Shown here: in pieces, positions 29,191-37,097 of the stretch
Position numbering within the stretch: the stretch's first letter is position 1
How the letters are laid out: each line of letters begins with the position of its first letter
Source of the DNA: an uncultured Bacillota bacterium
GTDB taxonomy: Bacteria; Bacillota_I; Bacilli_A; RF39; UBA660
Assembly: GCA_945867665.1 (NCBI GenBank)
Contig: CAMBIR010000005.1
Span: forward strand, 8,659 to 72,658
Direction: 5' to 3'
Length of the DNA stretch: 64,000 nucleotides
Made by a program: the position numbers and the translations under genes
The notes under the pieces: model-generated
Seen by the model: the letters and a program-made list of their open reading frames with translations, nothing else
Told to the model about the DNA's origin: nothing
The model's database searches: none

Positions 29191-29811
29191 ATGAAGAAAA
29201 AATTCATTCAAACCTCTATAAATATCCTTAAAAATAGTGGAAAATATAGTAGTGATGATATTGAAATTATTATATATGGTCTTGAAGGAATTTATCTTAC
29301 TATAACTAAAATGATTATCATTTTCTTAATATCATTCATATTAGGAATAACAAAAGAAGTATTTCTTCTTCTCATTACCTATAATATTATCAGATCCCAA
29401 GCTTTTGGAATACATGCAAGTAAAAGTATTTATTGTTTAGTTTCTTCTCTTACTTTCTTTGTAGGTGGCGCTATGATATGTAAATATATAATGTTACCTT
29501 TATGGTTAATGATAGTAATTGCTATTTTATGTGATATATGTTTGTTGCTTTATGCTCCAGCTGATACCCATAAGCATCCTATTATTAATTTAAAAAAGAG
29601 AAAAAAATTTAAGTTCTTAAGTTTTACTTTTGGTCTGATATATACCTTTTTAATTATTTATTATTATGGGCAGGATATTACAAATTATTTACTATTTGGA
29701 ATGTTAGAGGCAGTATTAATGATTTTACCTGTTACTTATAGTACCTTTAAAATGCCTTATGATAATTATAAAACTTATTATAATGATGTTGAATTAATTA
29801 GCAATAATTAA
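29191..29811 (+). CDS. agrB: Accessory gene regulator protein B (AgrB-family membrane endopeptidase that processes the AgrD propeptide)
   Basis: Multi-TM protein. Segments YGLEGIYLTITKMIIIFLISFILGITKE and IIRSQAFGIHASKSIYCLVSS align to the conserved AgrB core with catalytic His/Cys. ATG at 29191 is preferred over the ORF-track TTG at 29164. RBS AGGTGA at 29181-29186, extended -10 TGTATAAT at 29165-29172. Confidence 0.8.
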   Translation: MKKKFIQTSINILKNSGKYSSDDIEIIIYGLEGIYLTITKMIIIFLISFILGITKEVFLLLITYNIIRSQAFGIHASKSIYCLVSSLTFFVGGAMICKYIMLPLWLMIVIAILCDICLLLYAPADTHKHPIINLKKRKKFKFLSFTFGLIYTFLIIYYYGQDITNYLLFGMLEAVLMILPVTYSTFKMPYDNYKTYYNDVELISNN

Positions 29812-29850
29812 TTTTACATAAAAAAGAATAAAAAGAAGGAGGAAAAAAAT

Positions 29851-29973
29851 TATGAGTTTTATTGCAGACTTATTAGCAAGAATTGGAGGTAGTGCCGCTA
29901 GCACTGGTACTAAGGCATGTGCTGTTTGGTTTTTGGATGAACCAAAAATGCCTAAAAAGTTAATTGAGAAATA
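29851..29973 (+). CDS. agrD: AgrD-like autoinducing peptide precursor (40 aa), missed by the ORF track
   Basis: Strong RBS AAGGAGG, then a 9-nt spacer, then ATG. Product MSFIADLLARIGGSAASTGTKACAVWFLDEPKMPKKLIEK has an N-terminal amphipathic helix, a single Cys core (CAVWF(L)) and a charged tail DEPKMPKKL resembling the conserved AgrD C-terminal DE.VPKEL recognition motif. Lies immediately downstream of agrB. Confidence 0.6.
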
Positions 29974-29985
29974 GATAAAAATAAA

Positions 29986-30015
29986 TAAAACACTCGTTCT
30001 TGAGTGCTTTATTTT
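29986..30015. terminator. Bidirectional terminator between agrD (+) and agrC (-)
   Basis: AAAACACTC-gttctt-GAGTGCTTT followed by ATTTTTG. A-run on the left gives a T-run on the minus strand. Confidence 0.55.
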
Positions 30016-31322
30016 TGACGATTTTTTACAATGATAGTTTGACTATAAATATTGTTTTTTATTTCTCTTTTGGTATCAAAGATATTGTTTTTTTGAACCA
30101 ATTGATTAACTAATAGAAGTCCATGTCCACGATTTTTTCCTTTTGTTGTAAAGTTTTCTTTTCCAATTTTTTCTTCATCAATTTCGTTATTGTAAGTATT
30201 TGAAATAATCATTCTAAATTCATTATCCAAATTAGAGTATGCTTCAATTCCAAGTTCTTTATCTTTAGATTCAGCACTTGCTTCTATAGCATTATCAATA
30301 AATACGCCTAAAATTTTAGCAAAATCTCTTTGTTCTTTTGTGTTTAAGTTATATATTGTTGAACTTTGAATTTTTTTAGAAATATTAATTGAGACACTAA
30401 TTCCTTGTTCTTCAGCTTTTTGTGTTTTAAAATAACACAAACCTTTTACTCCATTAGCAGGTAAATAACCAAATTTAGCGTATTTTTCATTTTTTACCGA
30501 ATAGGTATCTCCAAGAATTTCGTCAATATAGTCAATTATTGTTTTTTCCTTTTCTTTATCACATATTTTGGAACGAATTGCTAAAAACTCATTTTTTGTT
30601 TCATGACGTAGAGTTCTTTGATTTTCTATTTCTTCTTCATAAGTTTTCATAAATTCAAGTAATTTATCATAGTCATCTGTTATTTTATTATTAATCATGG
30701 TTTGTTTTATTAAACTGAATAACACAATAAATAAAACTATAATAGCAAATAAATATAAAAATACATTATTATTAAAACTTAACTCTTTTATCAATGTATA
30801 AAATAATAAACCTGTACATATAAAAATCAAAATAGAAAAGATAATTATTTTTTTATTATCCTCCACTTCATTTTCTAAAATTTTTTTTATTTTATCTCTT
30901 AATAAAAAGATAGAAAAAGAAAAAAAAGATAATACTATAATATTTGAAAATATTGTATTTGCATATACGTTATAACAATATTCTTTGTTAACATTTAAAA
31001 TATAAATTATAAATAATAATTGGAGCAAATCTACAATCATTAAAATAACAATATATAAAAATGACAAAAAAATAGATTTTTTTGTATTTATTTTAAATTG
31101 TACTTTATAATATAAAATATCAATAGCAAACATTAGACTTGTTTTCATAACTGATGTAAAATTAATTTTTACTATTGTTTGTGGTATAGCAAATAATAAT
31201 ATTAAAAATGCATCTTTCAAAATACTTGAATTATTCTTCTTCTCTAACACAATTTTTCCAAATAAATAAACACCAATCATAACAATAATAAGTATGATAT
31301 ATTCATTAATAATTTTCCACAT
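30009..31322 (-). CDS. agrC: AgrC-like sensor histidine kinase (polytopic sensor domain plus HATPase_c_5/GHKL)
   Basis: N-terminal 6-7 TM helices, His-containing dimerisation region (RHETKNEFLAIRS) and C-terminal GHGLLLVNQLV ATP-lid motif typical of LytTR-coupled kinases. Overlaps the agrA-like gene by 17 nt. Confidence 0.75.
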   Translation of the reverse strand: MWKIINEYIILIIVMIGVYLFGKIVLEKKNNSSILKDAFLILLFAIPQTIVKINFTSVMKTSLMFAIDILYYKVQFKINTKKSIFLSFLYIVILMIVDLLQLLFIIYILNVNKEYCYNVYANTIFSNIIVLSFFSFSIFLLRDKIKKILENEVEDNKKIIIFSILIFICTGLLFYTLIKELSFNNNVFLYLFAIIVLFIVLFSLIKQTMINNKITDDYDKLLEFMKTYEEEIENQRTLRHETKNEFLAIRSKICDKEKEKTIIDYIDEILGDTYSVKNEKYAKFGYLPANGVKGLCYFKTQKAEEQGISVSINISKKIQSSTIYNLNTKEQRDFAKILGVFIDNAIEASAESKDKELGIEAYSNLDNEFRMIISNTYNNEIDEEKIGKENFTTKGKNRGHGLLLVNQLVQKNNIFDTKREIKNNIYSQTIIVKNRQK

Positions 31323-32028
31323 ATGTTTTCAACTCCTTCTTTTTTCTATTTGAAAGTAAATAGACTGTTTTGTTATTCAAGAATGTAATGGTGTTTTCTG
31401 AATAATTTATTCTTTTAATTTTCTCTACATTTACGATACATGATTTGTGGCATTGAAAGAAACTTCTTCCTAATCTTTCTGATAATTCTTGGATTGAGAG
31501 ATTGGTTTCAAATTTTTCTCCACTTTCAGTTACGATTACACATTTTGATACTTCTTGTAATTTTTCGATATATAAAATATTATCAAATGGAATTCTATAA
31601 GAATTACGATTGAAGTTATAAATCAGTACTTTTTTCTTATTGATTGTCTTTATGATGTAACGAATTGTTTCTTCTAATCTATCCGGCCATATTTTATCTT
31701 TTGGAATGAAATCAATTGCTAATAATCTAGAGTAGAATATGTCATTTTTACATTCGCCGTGATTTGTTACAAATAAAATGACACTATCTAAATCTTCTTC
31801 TCTTATTTCAGATGCAATTTCTAAGCCTGATACTTCACCAAGTTCAATATCCAGGATATAGACTTTTTCTTCTCCTTCTTTCTTGATTAGTTCATGAACT
31901 TCCTTATTATATTCAGTAAATTCATTAATTTTATACTCGAAGTTATAAGGCATCATGACTTTTGTTAAAATATTATGAATTCTTGTTAAGAACTCTTTAT
32001 TGTCTTCGCATATAATAAATCTTACCAT
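31306..32028 (-). CDS. agrA: LytTR-family response regulator (AgrA-like)
   Basis: REC domain (ICEDN...LDIELGEVSGLE) followed by LytTR DNA-binding domain (YRIPFDNILYIEKLQEV...FFQCHKSCIVNVEKIKRI). 240 aa. Confidence 0.85.
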   Translation of the reverse strand: MVRFIICEDNKEFLTRIHNILTKVMMPYNFEYKINEFTEYNKEVHELIKKEGEEKVYILDIELGEVSGLEIASEIREEDLDSVILFVTNHGECKNDIFYSRLLAIDFIPKDKIWPDRLEETIRYIIKTINKKKVLIYNFNRNSYRIPFDNILYIEKLQEVSKCVIVTESGEKFETNLSIQELSERLGRSFFQCHKSCIVNVEKIKRINYSENTITFLNNKTVYLLSNRKKKELKTYVENY

Positions 32029-32191
32029 AATTTTACTCCTTCCCAGCGAATAGGTTCATTATATCATTAAATCGACAAAATATTTGTTTTTGCGTGGTAA
32101 AATGCAAATTTCAAGCCCTAAAAGACAACATATTATATAATTTGTTACTTTTATAAAAAAACTTTAAATATCTTTTTAGATAAATAAAGTT

Positions 32192-33553
32192 TTATTTTAT
32201 TTTTTTGCACAATAATTCTGTTGCGGTTTGAAGTTGTTTATCTTGTTCTGAGGTTACCTCATATTCAATGGCGTTAGTTGGGGTTACTCCTTTTTCGTTA
32301 ATCCAATTTCCATTTGGAGTGAGCCATTTTTGGATTGTATATTTAATCATACTTCCATCTGATAATTTTTTTGTTTTTTGAACAGTTCCTTTTCCATAGG
32401 TTTGTGTTCCTACTACTAATCCACCGTAGCTTTCTTTGATAGCAGAGGCTAAGATTTCAGAAGCGGAAGCGCTAGCTGCATTGACTAGTACGGCTACTGG
32501 ATAACTTCTACTTTCTTTGGTTTTATCTTTGACCACTTCTTTCTTTTTATCATCTTGTAATTGATAAATTGTTTTTCCTTTTTTTAAGAAGAGACTACTA
32601 ATATCTGTTACTGCAGTTAAATATCCTCCTGAGTCATTTCTAACGTCTATTATCAAAGCTTGGATTCCTTTTTTTTCTAATTTTTCTAGTTGATTTTTAA
32701 ACTGTTCGTAGGTAACTCCTGAAAATACTGTGATGTCTATATACCCAACCTTTTTCCCATCTTGTTCAATAATTTTGCTTTCTACACTTGGAACTTCTAC
32801 TTTTTTTCTATTAATCGTTATTTCTTTTTCTTTTTCTTCTCTTTTAATCGTTAATTTTACTGTTTTATTCTTGCTATTTTTAACATAGTTAGACATATCT
32901 TCACTAGTTTTTCCTTTATAATCTTTACCGTCTATTTTTAAAATGATATCTTTTTCTTTCATACCAGCTTTTTTAGCGGGACCATTTTCAAACACACTAA
33001 CAACAATAATATTTCCTTCTTGATCCATAGATACCATACAACCGATTCCTTCATAAGTTCCATCGACAGTTTCCAAAAAACTATTTGTTTCCTTTTGAGT
33101 GGTATAAGTTGTATAGTTATCTTTTGTTTGAGATAACATGGAGTCGATTGCTTTATCAATCATTTTATTTTTATCTAAATCACCGTAATAATTGGAAGTA
33201 ACGGTATCATAAACATTAATTAGTTTTTGTAAATCATAATATAATTTAATGAAATTTTTTCCACCACTTAAGAAAAATAATACAAGTAGGCAGATTAAAA
33301 ATCCTAGTAGTTCGTAGCCAAGGCTTGAGAATATTTTATTTTTTAGTGTCATATTTTCATTATTAGATACTTTTCGTAAAAATATTTTATTTATTATTTT
33401 TCCTGGAGTTGATTGATTAAATTTTTGTCTTTTTTCTTCTTTTAATTTTTTCTTTTCTTCTTTAATTTTTTGTTTTTCTTTTTTGATAATTTCTTTTGAT
33501 TTTTTTATTTTATCATTTATATTTTTTTGGAATATTCTCATTTTCATCACCAT
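32192..33553 (-). CDS. ctpA: Carboxyl-terminal processing (tail-specific) protease, S41 family, with PDZ domain
   Basis: N-terminal TM anchor, PDZ domain, S41 catalytic region with GGYLTAV and ASASEILASAIK motifs and the GKGTVQ signature. Confidence 0.85.
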   Translation of the reverse strand: MVMKMRIFQKNINDKIKKSKEIIKKEKQKIKEEKKKLKEEKRQKFNQSTPGKIINKIFLRKVSNNENMTLKNKIFSSLGYELLGFLICLLVLFFLSGGKNFIKLYYDLQKLINVYDTVTSNYYGDLDKNKMIDKAIDSMLSQTKDNYTTYTTQKETNSFLETVDGTYEGIGCMVSMDQEGNIIVVSVFENGPAKKAGMKEKDIILKIDGKDYKGKTSEDMSNYVKNSKNKTVKLTIKREEKEKEITINRKKVEVPSVESKIIEQDGKKVGYIDITVFSGVTYEQFKNQLEKLEKKGIQALIIDVRNDSGGYLTAVTDISSLFLKKGKTIYQLQDDKKKEVVKDKTKESRSYPVAVLVNAASASASEILASAIKESYGGLVVGTQTYGKGTVQKTKKLSDGSMIKYTIQKWLTPNGNWINEKGVTPTNAIEYEVTSEQDKQLQTATELLCKKIK

Positions 33554-33649
33554 AATATCAGTTTAGCACAAAGATTTTTTAAATACAATCCATTCAAATT
33601 AACTTTACAAATTGTCGTAACTGTTCTACATAAATTAAGAGAAGAATGA

Positions 33650-34048
33650 TTAATTTTTCTTCTCTGGTTTGGTTTCTTTAATAGATTTTTGTGATTTTTT
33701 TGGCTCTTTTTTTTCTTCTTTATTATTTGGAGATTGGGCTAGAAAGGTAACTTTTTCTGCAACAATTTCTGTTTTTTTCTTTTTGCTTCCATCATCGCTT
33801 GTAATTACTCTTGTTTGAATTCTTCCTTTAACGCCTACCATATCGCCTGACTGACAGTATTCCGTAGTATTTTCAGCAACATTAGTCCATAAGGTGCAAT
33901 CTAAAAAATCGGTTTCATATTCTCCGTTCATATTTTTGTAATTTCTTGGAACGGCTAAAGTTACTGTTGCAGTTTTTTTGCCAGTTTCAGTAGTTCTTAA
34001 TTCTGGTGTCTTGACGATTCTTCCAACTAATACAACTTGATTCAACAT
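33650..34048 (-). CDS. Single-stranded DNA-binding protein paralog (SsbB-like, lacks canonical acidic DDDIPF tail)
   Basis: OB-fold start MLNQVVLVGRIVKTPELRTTETGKKTATVTLAVPRNYKN and conserved Trp/Phe. C-terminus is Lys-rich (…KPEKKN) instead of the acidic tail seen in the main ssb at 52657..53199. Confidence 0.8.
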   Translation of the reverse strand: MLNQVVLVGRIVKTPELRTTETGKKTATVTLAVPRNYKNMNGEYETDFLDCTLWTNVAENTTEYCQSGDMVGVKGRIQTRVITSDDGSKKKKTEIVAEKVTFLAQSPNNKEEKKEPKKSQKSIKETKPEKKN

Positions 34049-34269
34049 ATTATCCCTCCTTTCAGTAAAGACTATAGCATTCTATTAGATAAGATACAAT
34101 TTTTTGAAATTGCTGTTTCCTTTATTAATAGTTAAGGAAAAGAAAAATACTTCTACGGAACTAAGTGATATTTTAAGATTGAAACTCATATTAATATTTT
34201 TGTTCATTTAATTTGGGTTTTATTTATTTAAAAATAAAAAGTGAGGTTTATTTATTTTACATTAATTTG

Positions 34270-34312
34270 ACATAAAAAAAGAAGAAATCCCAACTTTGAG
34301 ATAACTTCTTTT
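34270..34312 (-). terminator. Intrinsic terminator downstream of sufB
   Basis: On the minus strand, AAAAGAAGTTATC-loop-GATTTCTTCTTTTTTTT. Confidence 0.5.
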
Positions 34313-35627
34313 AAGATTCAATATTGATTTTTAATAATCGATTTAATTCTACTGCATACTCCATTGGTAATTCTTCTCTAAATTCATTGATAAATCCTAG
34401 AATGATTAATTCTTTGGCAGATTCTTCAGGAAGGCCTCTACTCATGAGATAAAATAGTTTGTCATCACTAATTTTACTAACTGTTGCTTCGTGTTCTAAT
34501 AAAGATGTTGAATTCGCTACAATATTATTGGGAATGGTATCACTTTTAGAAAGTTTATCTAAAATGATTGTATCACATTTGACACTTGCTATGGAGTCAT
34601 GTGCTTCTTTGGTTATCTTTACTGTGCCACGATAAGTGGCGTTACCTCCATTTGAAGCGATGGATTTTGAGACAATATTACTTTTCGTATATGGAGCTAA
34701 ATGAATCATCTTGGCTCCTGTATCTTGGATTTGATTTTTTCCAGCGCCAGCTACTGTTATACAAGTTCCTCTAGCATGAGGGCCATTTAGGATACATGCA
34801 GGGTATTTCATATTGGTTTTTGCCCCAACATTTCCATCAATCCATTCCATTAAACCATTTTCTTCAACAATAGCTCTTTTGGTTACTAAATTATAAACAT
34901 CACTAGACCAGTTTTGAATTGTTGTATATCTGCATTTTGCATTCTTTTCTACAAATATTTCTACGACAGCAGCGTGGAGAGCATCTTCTGTATAAGTTGG
35001 TGCTGTGCATCCTTCAATGTAGTGAAGTTCGCTACCTTCATCAACAATAATTAGTGTTCGTTCAAATTGTCCCATATTTTTACTATTAATTCGAAAATAA
35101 CTTTGCAAAGGGCGATCTAATTTGGTGTGGGGAGGAATATAGATAAATGTTCCGCCACTCCAAACGGCACCATTTAATGCTGTAAATTTATTTTCATCAT
35201 ATTTTACTAATTGATTAAAATATTTTTTGAAGATTTCTGGATGTTGTTTTAGTGCACTATCGGTATCTAGAAAGATAACATTTTTTTCTTCTAACTCTTT
35301 TATCATATTATGATAAATTACTTCACTATCGTATTGCGCGCCAATTCCATCTAAGTATTTTTTTTCGGCATCAATAACGCCTAGTTTATCAAATTCATCA
35401 CGAATGGAACATGATATGTTATTCCAATCGTTCGTTAATTTTTCCTCCCTTTTTTTATAATAATTAATACTGTCATAATCAATATTTAGACTTGGACCAA
35501 AAGATGGGTCTTTACTATTTTTGAAGGCTTCAAAGGCTTTTAGACGAAAGTCTAGCATCCAACTTGGTTCTTCTTTGATACTTGAGATATTTTTGATGTC
35601 GTCACTTGTTAATTTCATTGTAATCAC
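34311..35627 (-). CDS. sufB: Fe-S cluster assembly protein SufB
   Basis: N-terminus EPSWMLDFRLKAFEAF matches the SufB start. Beta-helix core with EGCTAP motif. 438 aa. Confidence 0.8.
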   Translation of the reverse strand: MITMKLTSDDIKNISSIKEEPSWMLDFRLKAFEAFKNSKDPSFGPSLNIDYDSINYYKKREEKLTNDWNNISCSIRDEFDKLGVIDAEKKYLDGIGAQYDSEVIYHNMIKELEEKNVIFLDTDSALKQHPEIFKKYFNQLVKYDENKFTALNGAVWSGGTFIYIPPHTKLDRPLQSYFRINSKNMGQFERTLIIVDEGSELHYIEGCTAPTYTEDALHAAVVEIFVEKNAKCRYTTIQNWSSDVYNLVTKRAIVEENGLMEWIDGNVGAKTNMKYPACILNGPHARGTCITVAGAGKNQIQDTGAKMIHLAPYTKSNIVSKSIASNGGNATYRGTVKITKEAHDSIASVKCDTIILDKLSKSDTIPNNIVANSTSLLEHEATVSKISDDKLFYLMSRGLPEESAKELIILGFINEFREELPMEYAVELNRLLKINIES

Positions 35628-35715
35628 CTTTTTTCCATGTTTATTATATCAAAAATAGGTAAAAATAAAAAGTTATTTTGATTTTCAAAGAAGATTTTTG
35701 AAAAGAAAACAACTT

Positions 35716-36909
35716 CTATTTTATACAATATAATAAATAACCAATGCAAACAGAGAATGCTGCAATGATAACTAGACCAATTATCATTTGAATAATATTG
35801 ACATAACCAGCATTTTTGTTATTTGTGACCATACTTTGTTCTTTGTTTAATCTTTCGAAATAATTTAAGTTGGTAATCATGTTATTTAGCATCATATTAT
35901 AATTTCCTAAATCAAGATTATATTTTAAAATAATATCAATATTTTGAAGATATCTATCTTTTTTAGAGAGTATTTTTTCTACTCTATCTTTGATTTTATC
36001 ATAGTAGTTATAGAATAGACATTCAATTAGTTCGTAGCGATTGCATGTGATTCCATTAATAATTATGATATCATTATTCTTTAAAATGGAAGGAAAAACA
36101 TTATCAAATAGTGGAGCAAAAGAATATCTTTTTGTTTCTTTGTCGCAAAGGATACCATAGTCTTTAAAATTTCTTTCACTTTGGTTAATTATACTGTCAA
36201 AAAGTAGCATGTCAAAATATTTTTTCTCAATGGTTTGATAATCTTCTTCCAACATACTAGGAAGGCTTTTTAAAACATTTAGACCATATTCGATAATAGT
36301 TTTATAGTCTTCTTTGGTATTAGCGACTTTTAATTGTTCTGCCGTATCTACCCATTTTTCTTTTTTTAATTTTCCATTGGTGATTAATTTTAAAAATCTT
36401 TTCTTTAAATTTTCGACGTCGTAAAACTCATCATCATCAACGATATCTCTAATGATTATAGAGTCTTTTTGCTTCATTGCGTTGTAAATTCTGTATTCTT
36501 CTACGATATCAAAATTTAAAAGGCGACCAACTTGACAGATAGCAATTTCAATGTCATCTACTCCTGTATGTTTTTGATATCCTTTAAAAGTATTTTCTAC
36601 TAGTACTTCAGAGGATTCTGGATTTATTACGGTAACAGAAACTGGTTGTAAGAAAATATTGCTGTTACTATCAAAAGCAGTTACATAATAGTTTTTTCCA
36701 GGATTTAAACTTGGGGTATTTTGAATGGTTGCGGATAATTTATTTTGATGCATATAATAATTTGCAATATTTTCCACTTCCCTTTTTATCATGTCTATAT
36801 TTCTCGTATCTTGCTGATATTTACGGACTAATTCACTTGTTTGTTCCTGGGTTAGGCTATAATTTGTACTAATACTGTTGACTAAATTTATGATATTATT
36901 TCCATTCAT
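35716..36909 (-). CDS. Hypothetical tail-anchored membrane protein
   Basis: 397 aa, with a single C-terminal TM segment (IIQMIIGLVIIAAFSVCIGYLLYCIK). No confident family assignment. Confidence 0.45.
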   Translation of the reverse strand: MNGNNIINLVNSISTNYSLTQEQTSELVRKYQQDTRNIDMIKREVENIANYYMHQNKLSATIQNTPSLNPGKNYYVTAFDSNSNIFLQPVSVTVINPESSEVLVENTFKGYQKHTGVDDIEIAICQVGRLLNFDIVEEYRIYNAMKQKDSIIIRDIVDDDEFYDVENLKKRFLKLITNGKLKKEKWVDTAEQLKVANTKEDYKTIIEYGLNVLKSLPSMLEEDYQTIEKKYFDMLLFDSIINQSERNFKDYGILCDKETKRYSFAPLFDNVFPSILKNNDIIIINGITCNRYELIECLFYNYYDKIKDRVEKILSKKDRYLQNIDIILKYNLDLGNYNMMLNNMITNLNYFERLNKEQSMVTNNKNAGYVNIIQMIIGLVIIAAFSVCIGYLLYCIK

Positions 36910-36970
36910 ATTCTCACTATCCTACTTTTCTATTTTATGATTTTAGTATATCATTAAATGACATAAAAAA

Positions 36971-37012
36971 AAAGAAATATTTGACTATTTTTTAAAAAAT
37001 ATTTCTTTTTTG
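36971..37012. terminator. Bidirectional hairpin terminator 3' of pcrA
   Basis: Stem AAAGAAATATTT / AAATATTTCTTT with 14-nt loop, flanked by A9 and T6 runs. Confidence 0.5.
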
Positions 37013-37097
37013 AAGAAAATACTTAGGAAAACATGAATTTATGTTAGATATTTTGTTGTTTGAAGAAGAATTTTTTAGAAGTATTTTATGGGTATGT

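Noticed and set aside
35716-36909. Possible HipA-like kinase (segment NFKDYGIL…YSFAPLFDNV loosely resembles the HipA C-terminal NF..L…AP.YD motif)
   Set aside because: The catalytic Asp/His/Lys-Asn residues of the HipA loop are not conserved, and the resemblance is a few residues in an Asn-rich protein. Kept as hypothetical.
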